In this document: positions 48,453 through 58,221 of the stretch, piece after piece | Layout: each line of letters opens with the position of its first letter | Numbering within the stretch: the first letter of the stretch is position 1 | Assembly: GCA_043821285.1 (NCBI GenBank) | Contig: JBDRCZ010000109.1 | Location: forward strand, 4,302-68,301 | Direction of reading: 5' to 3' | Length of the DNA stretch: 64,000 nt | Source: Candidatus Omnitrophota bacterium | GTDB taxonomy: Bacteria > Omnitrophota > Gorgyraeia > B26-G9 > JBDRCZ01 | The notes under the pieces: model-generated | The model's database searches: none | Seen by the model: only the letters and a program-made list of their open reading frames with translations | Told to the model about the DNA's origin: nothing | Program-made: the position numbers and the translations under genes

Positions 48453-50066
48453 ATGCTTAGAAAAAAAATGCAAGGTAAAGATATTGAGAATTTAGCGGGT
48501 ATGGCCGATGTAGAAGGGGTAGAAAGTTTTCTTGCCGAATATAATAAATCAATAAAAAACTTACGCGAAGGCCAGATTATCAAAGGTAAAATTGTCGGGG
48601 TTACCCATAAGGATGTTTTGGTAGATATTGGATATAAGTCTGAAGGGATAATTCCATTAAATGAATTTGAAGCCGGAGAATCGGTGCAGCCAGGTGAAGA
48701 AATTGATATTTTGCTTGAATCTAAAGAAGATGAAAATGGCATGGTGGTTATTTCGAAAAGAAAGGCCGATCGCACCCTTGGCTGGCAGAGGATTATTGAT
48801 AATTTTAGAGAAGGGGATGTTATCGAAGGCAAAGTGATGAAAAAGGTGCGCGGAGGCTTAATGGTCGATATTGGCATCGAAGCATTTTTACCGGCTTCAC
48901 AAGCCGGGAATAAGGCGGCGGTATATAACCTCGATAAATTTGTCGGCCAGAGGTTTAAAACAATTATTTTAAAAATAAATAAAAGCCGTAAAAATATCGT
49001 ACTTTCCCGCAGGGTTTATCTGCAAAAAGAGAAAGAATTGTTGAAAAAGAAATTATTTGAGGAATTGGGCAAGGGACAGATTATCGAAGGCACCGTAAAA
49101 AATATTACGGATTTTGGCGCTTTTATTGATCTCGGCGGAGTTGACGGACTATTACATATTACCGATATGAGCTGGGGCAGAATTTCGCATCCTTCTGAGA
49201 TGTTGGCGATTGGGGATAAGGTTGAGGTAATGGTTCTGGGAATAGATAAAGGTGGTTCAAAAATTTCGTTGGGGCTTAAGCAAAAATTTCCCAGCCCATG
49301 GGAAGACGTGGAGAATAAATACCCGGTAGGTTCAAAAGTTAAAGGAAAAGTGGTAAATATTGTTGCCTATGGCGCATTTATTGAGATGGAGAGTGGGATT
49401 GAAGGGTTAGTACATATTTCCGAACTATCTTGGACGAAAAGGATTACGCATCCTTCGGAGATGCTGGCAATTGGTGATATTGTCGAGGCTAAGGTTCTAA
49501 GCTTAGATAAAGAACATCAAAAAATTGCCTTAGGAATAAAACACCTTGAAGTTGATCCATGGCAGGGTGTTGCCCAGCGATATCCGGCGGGGACAAAAGT
49601 TAAGGGCAAAATACGAAATGCTACGGAATACGGAGTTTTTGTGGAGCTTGAAACAGGAATAGAAGGTTTGATTCATATTTCGGACATGTCCTGGACAAAG
49701 AAAATTACCACTTTGCATGAGTTTTTAAAAAAAGGACAAAAGGTCGAGACCATTGTCTTATCTACTGATGAGATAAATCATAAAATATCACTGGGACTGA
49801 AACAATTAACAGATGATCCCTGGCCAAGCTATACAAAAAAATATGTTCTTGGTAGTGAATGGGAAGGAACAATATCCGCTATTTCTGAACAAAGCATCTC
49901 TATAGAATTAACCAGTGATTTGGAGGGGATATTGACCATTCCGGAGTTGAACGCTAAACCAGAAACTAACTTACAACTTTCTTATAACGTTGGAGATACG
50001 ATAAAGGTAAAGATAGCTGAAATAGATGAACCGCAGCGTAAGATTTTGCTTGTGTCGGCTAGATAA
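48453..50066 (+). CDS. rpsA: 30S ribosomal protein S1
   Basis: Repeated S1 domains (DIGYKSEG, FGAFIDLGGVDGLLHITDMSW). Confidence 0.96.
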   Translation: MLRKKMQGKDIENLAGMADVEGVESFLAEYNKSIKNLREGQIIKGKIVGVTHKDVLVDIGYKSEGIIPLNEFEAGESVQPGEEIDILLESKEDENGMVVISKRKADRTLGWQRIIDNFREGDVIEGKVMKKVRGGLMVDIGIEAFLPASQAGNKAAVYNLDKFVGQRFKTIILKINKSRKNIVLSRRVYLQKEKELLKKKLFEELGKGQIIEGTVKNITDFGAFIDLGGVDGLLHITDMSWGRISHPSEMLAIGDKVEVMVLGIDKGGSKISLGLKQKFPSPWEDVENKYPVGSKVKGKVVNIVAYGAFIEMESGIEGLVHISELSWTKRITHPSEMLAIGDIVEAKVLSLDKEHQKIALGIKHLEVDPWQGVAQRYPAGTKVKGKIRNATEYGVFVELETGIEGLIHISDMSWTKKITTLHEFLKKGQKVETIVLSTDEINHKISLGLKQLTDDPWPSYTKKYVLGSEWEGTISAISEQSISIELTSDLEGILTIPELNAKPETNLQLSYNVGDTIKVKIAEIDEPQRKILLVSAR

Positions 50067-50141
50067 AAAGTGGCTACGGGTATTAAGCCGTGTGGCACTA
50101 CCGCGGTAAAAATGCGGCAAGGTAAAGCAATAGGTATAATA

Positions 50142-51524
50142 ATGCCAAAAAGATATTTACTGATCATTACATTGTTTATTTGTTTAGGGTATTTCAGTAG
50201 TAGTTGTTATGCTGATGATTTTAATATTAGTGTTGTACCTGTGTTGCGCACTAACACAATCAATTTTGGCACGATAAACCCGGATGATCTACCTCAGGAT
50301 CAAGAAGTAAATATTACCGTTACCAATACAACCGGTGCGCGTTATCAGATAATACAGACTGCGGCGGATCTACTCAGGAGCAACACCGGCCGAGTAATTG
50401 ATCGTGATAATTTTGTCGTTTTTACCAATGAAGGCAGAAATGGAACACTGGAAGCAACAATGCCTACACCGGTTACAGATAGTATGATTTTATATACTTC
50501 TGATCATCGCGGTAGTAGTGACACAATACTTGCAGTTTATTCACTGCCATTTCAAACATTACCTATTGCCGGTATTTATTTCACCACACTGACTTATACC
50601 CTTGAGCCGATAAATGCTATTGGGATATCAGCAAAATCCGTGACTATTAGCGTAATTATGGAAATTACTCCGCATGCCGAAATAGAAGTACAGGTACTTG
50701 ATGGATCAACCCGTTTGAATTTTTCCCAGATTGGTGCGGATACACAGTATCAGTCTTCACAAGAGGTACGGCTTGAGATTACAAATAATTTAGACCGTCC
50801 GTATCAAGTTACGCAGTATATCTTATCCAATTTTCAGAATAGCATGGGGGATAGCATAACAAATGATAATTTTTTATTTACCTCCTTATCCTGCGGAAAA
50901 GGAACTATAATGCACACTACGCCAGATGCTTTATCGAATACTCCGGTGGTAATATATCAATCTTCCAATGAGGGTGGCAGTGATTACATTATTTTATTAT
51001 ACACGCTGGCATTACCGCAGTCACAACCTGCCGGGCTATATAGTGCAACGCTTAAATTTTTGCTTCAGACGGATGATTTGGTCCCGAGTTCCGATACAAC
51101 CGCACTGCTGCAGGCAGAGGTTGAAATCCCCACAATATTTAACCTTGAGATAATATCAACTGGCCTTGATTTTGGCAGGTTTTCTGCTGATACCCGTGAA
51201 CAAATTCGCTCTGCTGAGATCAGGGCAGTTACCAATCTTGGAAAACAATACCATGTTAGTCAGACAGTTACACGGAAATTAATGAATGTTGAGGGTCAGA
51301 AACTCCCGGAAGAGAGTTTTTCCATGTGGACAGTAGGCGGTGAGCTTGGTACGACAAAAGTGCCGATACCACAGACTGTTCCGGAAGGTGAGTTTGTTTT
51401 ATATATTTCTTCGCCAGAAGGTGAAGAAGATACATTTCAGGTAAATTATAAATTAAAACTTCCCATAGATGTTGCGGGAGGAGATTATACATCAGAGATT
51501 ATTTATACGATGTCATCCTTGTAA
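50142..51524 (+). CDS. Secreted protein with three tandem beta-rich domains (pilin/adhesin-like)
   Basis: Signal-peptide-like N-terminus; three repeats with (I/L)(N/D)F, TN...YQ and G.Y...(L/I).(Y/F) terminal strand. Confidence 0.65.
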   Translation: MPKRYLLIITLFICLGYFSSSCYADDFNISVVPVLRTNTINFGTINPDDLPQDQEVNITVTNTTGARYQIIQTAADLLRSNTGRVIDRDNFVVFTNEGRNGTLEATMPTPVTDSMILYTSDHRGSSDTILAVYSLPFQTLPIAGIYFTTLTYTLEPINAIGISAKSVTISVIMEITPHAEIEVQVLDGSTRLNFSQIGADTQYQSSQEVRLEITNNLDRPYQVTQYILSNFQNSMGDSITNDNFLFTSLSCGKGTIMHTTPDALSNTPVVIYQSSNEGGSDYIILLYTLALPQSQPAGLYSATLKFLLQTDDLVPSSDTTALLQAEVEIPTIFNLEIISTGLDFGRFSADTREQIRSAEIRAVTNLGKQYHVSQTVTRKLMNVEGQKLPEESFSMWTVGGELGTTKVPIPQTVPEGEFVLYISSPEGEEDTFQVNYKLKLPIDVAGGDYTSEIIYTMSSL

Positions 51525-51852
51525 AAACCGTATTTAAGTATTATGGTGGTTTGTCCGCCAGGGAATTAATGTCACAAAAATTTTGTAATATACAAAATAT
51601 ATTTATACGGTTTTTACATCACGAAATTGGTGAAGCCAATTTCGTTTTCATCTACTGAGATAGCTTGTCGGAAAACGCAACGCATTTCCCGGGTATGAAG
51701 ATATCCATATAGTAATTTGCGGGGTAGATCAATCTTATTGTTATATTGCTTAAAACTATATAAGAATTTAAAAGACAAAATTTCTTTTGGTTTTACCTTT
51801 TCTTTTTAAAAGAAAAGGTAAATGCTAAATTAATGCCGTAGGCAGTAATTTA

Positions 51853-52000
51853 CATATTTTCAGGATTGGGTGACTTCATAAGTTTCAGAAGAATTCCCGA
51901 CTGGCAGTAATAACCTGCGAGTTTGCCTAAAAGAAGTAAAGGCTGACAGAGCTGGTGTAATTCCAGCGTCAATAGTAAAGTCTAGAAGGGAGAAGATATG
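51853..52000 (+). ncRNA. FMN riboswitch (RFN element)
   Basis: P1 catattttc/gaagatatg, GGGTGA..AATTCCCGAC, GGTGTAATTCC, AGTAAAGTCT..GGGAGAAGA; upstream of ribBA. Confidence 0.88.
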
Positions 52001-52009
52001 CGGCGTATT

Positions 52010-52041
52010 ATACCCGAAGCGTATCTTCGGGTATTTTTTTT
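52010..52041 (+). terminator. Intrinsic terminator of the riboswitch expression platform
   Basis: atacccgaag / cttcgggtat stem followed by a T run. Confidence 0.82.
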
Positions 52042-52118
52042 AAAAAATCGTGCCAGAATCCCGCTTTTCTTTTCCAAAGAAAAGAAAGTGGATAAATTAG
52101 TGCTGAAAGCAATAATTT

Positions 52119-53327
52119 ATGGTTAAGCACAAGTTTAATACAATTCCAGAAATAATTCATGATCTCAAATCCGGCAAGATGGTGATTATTATTGATGACA
52201 AGCGCCGGGAAAATGAAGGAGATTTATTAATCGCGGCAACTTTTGTCCGCGATCAGGATATTAATTTTATGGCTAAATTTGGCCGTGGTCTTATCTGTGT
52301 TCCCATGGAGGCAGCGCGGTTGAACGCATTAGACATACATCCCATGGTAAAAAAGAGTGAAGCTTCATTGGGCACGGCGTTTACAGTATCGGTTGATTTA
52401 AAGAAAGGGATAACAACCGGAATATCCGCACCGGATCGAGCAAAGACAATACATGCACTGGCAAAGATAAACACAAAAGCAACTGATATTGTTCGTCCGG
52501 GGCATATTTTCCCTTTACAGGCCGTAGAAGGCGGGGTATTAGTCAGAGCCGGGCACACTGAGGCAAGTGTTGATTTGATTAAATTGGCTAAGATTAGTCC
52601 GCCGGTCGGGGTGATTTGTGAGATTATTAGTGATGACGGAAACATGGCCAGGACCAAAGAGTTGGTTGAGTTTGCCAGAGAACATAAATTAAAAATTAGT
52701 ACAATTGCTGATTTAATCTATTATCGCCGTCAGACAGAAAAGTTGGTAACGCGGATTACTACTTCACATTTACCGACTTGTTACGGAACGTTTAAAATAA
52801 TGATCTATTCAAGTGCCGTTGATAATCATCACCACGTTGCCCTGGTCTATGGTAAAATTAAACAGCCAACTTTAGTACGGGTACATTCTGAATGTTTAAC
52901 TGGTGATGTGTTTAACTCGCGGCGTTGTGATTGCGGACAGCAACTTGATCAGGCAATGCAACGTATTGCGCGTGAAAAAAACGGAGTGATACTCTACATG
53001 CGCCAGGAAGGACGGGGTGTCGGGCTGGTAAATAAAATCCGGGCATATTCCCTGCAAGATCGCGGCTATGATACCGTAGAAGCAAACCGTCATCTCGGAT
53101 TAAAAGCCGATCTGCGTGATTATGGCATTGGTGCACAAATTCTGGTTGATTTAGGAGTAAAAAAAATAAAGCTTTTAACTAATAATCCACAAAAAATTAT
53201 TGGTCTTGAAGGATACGGGCTCAAAGTTGTGGAACGTCTTCCGATAGAAATTAAACCGACAAAAGCAAACAAACGATATTTGCGGACGAAAAAAAAGAAG
53301 TTAGGACATTTATTGGAATTTGTCTAA
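52119..53327 (+). CDS. ribBA: DHBP synthase / GTP cyclohydrolase II
   Basis: [42 protein letters not shown]. Confidence 0.96.
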   Translation: MVKHKFNTIPEIIHDLKSGKMVIIIDDKRRENEGDLLIAATFVRDQDINFMAKFGRGLICVPMEAARLNALDIHPMVKKSEASLGTAFTVSVDLKKGITTGISAPDRAKTIHALAKINTKATDIVRPGHIFPLQAVEGGVLVRAGHTEASVDLIKLAKISPPVGVICEIISDDGNMARTKELVEFAREHKLKISTIADLIYYRRQTEKLVTRITTSHLPTCYGTFKIMIYSSAVDNHHHVALVYGKIKQPTLVRVHSECLTGDVFNSRRCDCGQQLDQAMQRIAREKNGVILYMRQEGRGVGLVNKIRAYSLQDRGYDTVEANRHLGLKADLRDYGIGAQILVDLGVKKIKLLTNNPQKIIGLEGYGLKVVERLPIEIKPTKANKRYLRTKKKKLGHLLEFV

Positions 53328-53350
53328 TTTAGATCCCATATGCAAAAATA

Positions 53351-53822
53351 GGTAGTGTCAAAAATAAAATGAAAAACCGGAAAGCAACCACAGATTACGC
53401 AGATAGTTATAAATATTTGCAGGGGGGAGGAAATCCGAGAAAATCTGTGGTGAATGAATCTGTGGTGAATAAAAGCGAGAAAGATTATCCATATAAAGAA
53501 TAAGAGGCAGATTTTATAGTTGAGGGGGATAGTATTAGTAGAACTAAATGCCACTAAAGGAGTTATGAAGATAGATGAGGCACAAGTGCATAATTATCTA
53601 AAGGCGACACAAAACGGATCGGATTACTGTTTAACTTTGGAAGAGCATCTTTAGAATATAAGAGGATAATAAGTAAAATCTTACAGTTATAACCATAGAT
53701 TAAATCACCACAGATTTATAGAGCTGATTTAAAAGAAAAAAAATCATTTTAATCTGAGTAATCTGTGGCTGCTTGTGCCCTATGGGTACTTAGAAAAATG
53801 TGCGAATATTTTTGACAGAACC
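53351..53822 (+). mobile_element. 472-bp element with terminal inverted repeats, near-perfect 8-bp TSD and GxxExxY pseudogene cargo
   Basis: ggtagtgtcaaaaata / tatttttgacagaacc; caaaaata (53343-53350) vs caaaaatt (53823-53830); two internal accacagat hairpins. Confidence 0.85.
53507..53692 (+). pseudogene. GxxExxY C-terminal half with frameshifts
   Basis: ADFIVEG / IVLVELNATKGVMKIDEAQVHNYLKAT / RIGLLFNFGRASLEYKRII across two frameshifts. Confidence 0.82.
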
Positions 53823-53846
53823 CAAAAATTAGGAGGGGGATAAAAA

Positions 53847-54362
53847 ATGAAGATCTATGAAGGGAAGATGGATGCAAAGGGGAAGAGGTTTAGTATTATT
53901 GTTTCGCGGTTTAATGATTTTATTACCCATCGGATGTTAGAGGGAGCATTAGATACTTTGCGCCGGCACGGTGCTGATGATGATAAGGTTGAGGTTATCT
54001 GGGTACCGGGAACCTTTGAAATTCCAATAGCTGCCAATAAGATTGCCCGGAGTAAAAAAACAAATGCCGTGATTTGTTTAGGAGCGGTTATTCGTGGGGC
54101 AACGCCTCATTTTGAATATATTGCCTCAGAAGCGGCAAAAGGCATTGCTAAGGTATCACTGGACTCGGGACTGCCTTGTAGTTTTGGGATTATTACCGCG
54201 GATACCTTAGAACAGGCAATAGAACGCGCCGGGACAAAAGATGGAAATAAAGGAGTGGATGCCGCGCTTTCGGCAATTGAAATGGCTGATCTAATAACAG
54301 AACTACAGATTTCACCCCGAAAGGATACTCTACGACACAGCGCAGTTGTACGGAATACATAA
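53847..54362 (+). CDS. ribH: Lumazine synthase
   Basis: [39 protein letters not shown]. Confidence 0.96.
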   Translation: MKIYEGKMDAKGKRFSIIVSRFNDFITHRMLEGALDTLRRHGADDDKVEVIWVPGTFEIPIAANKIARSKKTNAVICLGAVIRGATPHFEYIASEAAKGIAKVSLDSGLPCSFGIITADTLEQAIERAGTKDGNKGVDAALSAIEMADLITELQISPRKDTLRHSAVVRNT

Positions 54363-54441
54363 AAGTAACTTAAACATTAGCATGTATAATAGTAATAGAT
54401 TGGCATTTTCTTACGGGGCAGGCAGAATAAGGATGGATCAT

Positions 54442-54554
54442 AAACACGGATTAGCACGAATTGGGTATATTTATTCGTGACAATTAGTGGTTAGAGAAAA
54501 TAGGTGAGATTTAATCATTAAAAATCCGTGCAATATCCGTGTAAATCCGTGGCT
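54442..54554. repeat. Empty inverted-repeat pair plus a solo right arm of the GxxExxY-type repeat
   Basis: aaacacggattagcacgaat / attcgtgacaattagtggtt; then atccgtgcaatatccgtgtaaatccgtggct. Confidence 0.65.
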
Positions 54555-54635
54555 AAAAAAAGACAAAAATAATCTATATAAAAACATAGGCAGTATTTGA
54601 CAGAACCGATTAAACAAATAAGAAGGTCTACTGTT

Positions 54636-55055
54636 ATGCGGAAAAGGACAAAGGCGCGTGAGATTGCCCTGCAAATTTTATATCAGATTGATATAAAAAA
54701 AGAGCCGGCAGAAGAGATACTTAAAGAATATTTTCAGGGATATACTCTAGAGGAAAAAATAGAAGATTTTTGTAAAAAGATAGTGTTAGGAACAGTAGAG
54801 CACATTGAATATATTGATAATCTAATCGCTAAATATGCCGATAACTGGGAACTTAACCGAATGGCCGTGGTTGATCGAAATATTATCCGTCTTGGGGTAT
54901 ATGAATTGTTATATGAAAAAGACATTCCCCCAAAAGTTTCGATAAATGAAGCCGTGGATATTGCCAAGAAGTATGGCGATGCGGATTCCGGTAAATTTGT
55001 AAATGGAATTTTGGATAAAATTAATAAGTTAGAGGCAAAAAAAACAATCGATTAA
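54636..55055 (+). CDS. nusB: Transcription antitermination factor NusB
   Basis: [41 protein letters not shown]. Confidence 0.95.
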   Translation: MRKRTKAREIALQILYQIDIKKEPAEEILKEYFQGYTLEEKIEDFCKKIVLGTVEHIEYIDNLIAKYADNWELNRMAVVDRNIIRLGVYELLYEKDIPPKVSINEAVDIAKKYGDADSGKFVNGILDKINKLEAKKTID

Positions 55056-55059
55056 TATA

Positions 55060-55890
55060 ATGTTTGCGCAAAAATTTGCAGATTTACACGTACATACTTC
55101 TTTTTCTGATGGGTCATTGACCCCGGAAGAATTAGTTAAGAAGGCCGGGGAATTGAATATTTCCTGCATTTCAATCACCGACCATGATATTGTCGATGGT
55201 ATTTGTCCGGCGGTTATTGCGGCCGCGAGATATGGGATTGAAATAATTCCGGGCATTGAATTTTCCACCCAGCTTCATAAAACAGAAGTACATCTTCTTG
55301 CTTACTTTATTGATTATCAAAATTTATCATTTCTCACAAAACTTAAAGAACTGCGGGAAAAAAGAGTTTATAGATTTTATAATATCATTAAACTATTGCG
55401 AGAACATAATGTTCATCTGGAAACTGATAAAATATTGCAATATGGATTAGGATCACTGGGACGGTTACATATTGCTAAGGCTCTGGTCAAAGAGGGTTAT
55501 GTTTACGGAATAAAGGAGGCATTTGAACGGTATTTAGGCCATGGTAAGTGCTGCTACGTACCCCATGAGCGTTTTAGCGTGGCTGCGGCAATTGCTATGA
55601 TAAAGGAACTTGGCGGCCTGGCCGTGTTTGCGCACCCCTATGTTTTACATAATGATCATTTACTTGTTGAGATGCTAAATTTAGGCATAGATGGCATCGA
55701 GGCGTATTATCCGGAACATCGTCCTCAGCAGACAAAACAATATGTTAATTTTGCTAAAAAACACGGCTTACTGATAACCGGCGGTTCTGATTATCATGGC
55801 GATGGAAAAGAAGATTCATTTTTTGGCAAGGTAAAAATAGATTATTGTTTTGTTGAAAAGTTAAGACAGGCGAAAGAAAATGCTGCGTAA
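55060..55890 (+). CDS. PHP-domain metal-dependent phosphoesterase (TrpH/YciV-like)
   Basis: DLHVHTSFSDG, ITDHD, GIEFS, AHP, GGSDYHG. Confidence 0.9.
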   Translation: MFAQKFADLHVHTSFSDGSLTPEELVKKAGELNISCISITDHDIVDGICPAVIAAARYGIEIIPGIEFSTQLHKTEVHLLAYFIDYQNLSFLTKLKELREKRVYRFYNIIKLLREHNVHLETDKILQYGLGSLGRLHIAKALVKEGYVYGIKEAFERYLGHGKCCYVPHERFSVAAAIAMIKELGGLAVFAHPYVLHNDHLLVEMLNLGIDGIEAYYPEHRPQQTKQYVNFAKKHGLLITGGSDYHGDGKEDSFFGKVKIDYCFVEKLRQAKENAA

Positions 55891-57052
55891 AGACATTTAT
55901 TATATGCAAGCGGCGCTAAAACAAGCACTGCATGCCCAGGGCAGGACGCGGCCAAATCCAATGGTCGGAGCGGTCCTGGTAAAAAATGGAAAGATTATTT
56001 CCCGTGGTTATCATAAAAAGGCCGGCAGTGCACATGCGGAAGCAGCAGTTTTAAAAAAGGCCGGGAGAAAAGCAGCGGGTGCTGCTTTATATGTGACAAT
56101 GGAACCATGTACGCATTATGGCCGGACACCGCCTTGCGTTCATCAGATAATTAGCTCGGGGGTTAATCGGGTAGTTATTGGTGTGCATGATCCCAATCCT
56201 ATAAACTGCCGGCAGGGAATAAGTTTTTTAAAAAAACATCGCATAAAAATAAAAGTTTTAAATTTTAAACCGGCACAAGATATAAACTATGTGTACAACA
56301 AGTACATTACCCGGAAAATACCGTATGTAACATTAAAGGTCGCTGCTTCATTAGATGGGAAAATTGCCACAAGTACCGGAGAGTCCAAATGGATTACCTC
56401 GGTAAAATCACGTGCCTATGTGCATAAGATACGAAAAGATGTAGATGCGATTATTATCGGGATAAACACACTCATGCAAGATAATCCTTTACTTATCACC
56501 CATATGCCGTTACCACGGGTAAACCCGTGTTACCGGCATGCACGGAAAAATGCTTTGCATTTTTCCGACTTACTTGCCTATGTAAACAAAAGCAAAAAAA
56601 TGAAACAACCGATAAAAGTAATATTAGATACTAAGCTGAGAGCAACACCCAATCTTAATATTTTTTCTAATAAATCACCTCAACTAACGATTATTGTCAC
56701 TGACTATCTGCAAAAGCGGAAGGTTGGTAAATTTAAAAATAAAAATGTGCATTTTTTATTTTTCAAGGCAAAAAATGGTAAAATAAGATTACGTGAGTTA
56801 TTAAAAAAATTGGCAGAAATAGAAATAAGTCATGTGCTCATTGAAGGCGGGGCGCAAATCTTTGGCTCGGCATTTGACGCGGGGGTAGTTGACCATGTTA
56901 TGTTTTTTATCAGCCCCATGATTATTGGCGGTGATCAAGCGCCAAACAGTATAGGCGGACGAGGTGTTTCGTCTTTAGCGCGTGCACATAAATTAAAAAA
57001 ATTAAAGATTAGTCAAAAGGGGCATGATTTATTAATTGAGGGGGATATTTAA
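55880..57052 (+). CDS. ribD: Riboflavin deaminase/reductase
   Basis: PNPMVGAV, HAE, EPCTHYGRTPPC, SLDGKIA, SKWIT, IEGG. Confidence 0.95.
   Translation: MLRKDIYYMQAALKQALHAQGRTRPNPMVGAVLVKNGKIISRGYHKKAGSAHAEAAVLKKAGRKAAGAALYVTMEPCTHYGRTPPCVHQIISSGVNRVVIGVHDPNPINCRQGISFLKKHRIKIKVLNFKPAQDINYVYNKYITRKIPYVTLKVAASLDGKIATSTGESKWITSVKSRAYVHKIRKDVDAIIIGINTLMQDNPLLITHMPLPRVNPCYRHARKNALHFSDLLAYVNKSKKMKQPIKVILDTKLRATPNLNIFSNKSPQLTIIVTDYLQKRKVGKFKNKNVHFLFFKAKNGKIRLRELLKKLAEIEISHVLIEGGAQIFGSAFDAGVVDHVMFFISPMIIGGDQAPNSIGGRGVSSLARAHKLKKLKISQKGHDLLIEGDI
56504..56567. repeat. Two DNA hairpins located in frame inside ribD
   Basis: atgccg..cacgggtaaacccgtg..cggcat and cggaaaaatgc-ttt-gcatttttccg. Confidence 0.65.
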
Positions 57053-57054
57053 AG

Positions 57055-57690
57055 ATGTTTTCCGGGATCATTGAAGAATTAGGGGTAGTGCATAAGATAT
57101 CTAAAACAACTGATATTTTTAAACTTAAGGTAAAGGCGGAGAAAGTAATCACGGATTTAAATGTCGGGGACAGCATTGCGGTTAATGGCGTATGTCTGAC
57201 CGTCGTAAAGTTTGATGCGCAAAATATAAGTTTTGACGTTATGGCTGAGACAATTAAAAAAACCAATTTTAAGCAGCTTAACATTGGTGATGCGGTAAAT
57301 TTAGAACGCGCTTTAAAATTCAGTCAGCGTGTCGGAGGGCATTTTATAACCGGCCACATTGATACTACCGGCCGGGTTATAAAAAAGGCCAGACAAGGGG
57401 CAATATTTTATTTACGCATTGCCATTGAACGCGACATCAGCGGCTATCTTGTTGACCGGGGTGCGATTGCGGTTGAGGGGGTAAGCTTGACGGTTGCGGA
57501 AAGCAAAGAAAAATATTTTTCCGTATACCTGATCCCGCACACCATAAGTTCTACTAATTTGAAATACAAAAGGGTGGGTGATATTCTTAATTTAGAAGCA
57601 GACATATTAGGCAAATATGCGGCCAAGGCCGTGGAAAAGCAGACTGGTGCAATGAATGTAGAAAAGCTTAAAAGATGGGGATATGCCTAA
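57055..57690 (+). CDS. ribE: Riboflavin synthase (alpha chain)
   Basis: MFSGII, GDSIAVNGVCLTV, NLERA, GGHFITGHID. Confidence 0.95.
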   Translation: MFSGIIEELGVVHKISKTTDIFKLKVKAEKVITDLNVGDSIAVNGVCLTVVKFDAQNISFDVMAETIKKTNFKQLNIGDAVNLERALKFSQRVGGHFITGHIDTTGRVIKKARQGAIFYLRIAIERDISGYLVDRGAIAVEGVSLTVAESKEKYFSVYLIPHTISSTNLKYKRVGDILNLEADILGKYAAKAVEKQTGAMNVEKLKRWGYA

Positions 57691-57798
57691 AGTAATGACA
57701 AATGTCAAATGTCAAATTTTCTACCACAAAGTCGAAGATCCGCCGTCGCATTAGTGGAGGACGTCGGCGGGCAGGCAAATGAATCATTTAATAATTAA

Positions 57799-58050
57799 AT
57801 GTGTTATGTATACGTATTAAGAAGTGAAAAGAATGGCAAGTTGTATTCAGGGCATACTGAAAATTTAGAGAAACGACTTATAGAGCATAATTGTGATAGA
57901 AACAATAAGAGATTTAGCTGGATTAATGGTCCGTGGGTTTTATTGTTTTCAGAAAGTTTTAATACAAGATCTGAAGCAATGCAGCATGAAAGATTTTTCA
58001 GGACGGGGAAAGGACGCAAATATATACAGGATATATTAATATTAAAATAA
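57799..58050 (+). CDS. Small GIY-YIG nuclease family protein
   Basis: YVYVLRS....LYSGHT.NLEKRL.EHN, RSEAM..E.FF.TGKGR. Confidence 0.88.
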   Translation: MCYVYVLRSEKNGKLYSGHTENLEKRLIEHNCDRNNKRFSWINGPWVLLFSESFNTRSEAMQHERFFRTGKGRKYIQDILILK

Positions 58051-58058
58051 ATAATAGT

Positions 58059-58136
58059 CGGGAAGTGGCGCAGTTGGTTTAGAGCGCTTGGTTCGGGACC
58101 AATAGGTTGGCGGTTCAAATCCATCTGCCCCGACCA
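58059..58136 (+). tRNA. tRNA-Pro(CGG)-like gene, probably degenerate
   Basis: CGGGAAGTGGCGCAG...TTGGTTCGGGACCAA...GGTTCAAATCC...CCCGACCA, with mismatches in all four stems. Confidence 0.7.
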
Positions 58137-58221
58137 ATTTAGCAAATGGCAAATAGCATGTATGTGGCAAATGGTAAAAACAAAAACTACGAAAACAAAA
58201 GGAACATTTTAACGGGGTCTT

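Noticed and set aside
53324-53554. 76-aa minus-strand ORF (ICVICG-type sequence)
   Set aside because: Translation of the repeat hairpins; the real coding remnant is on the + strand.
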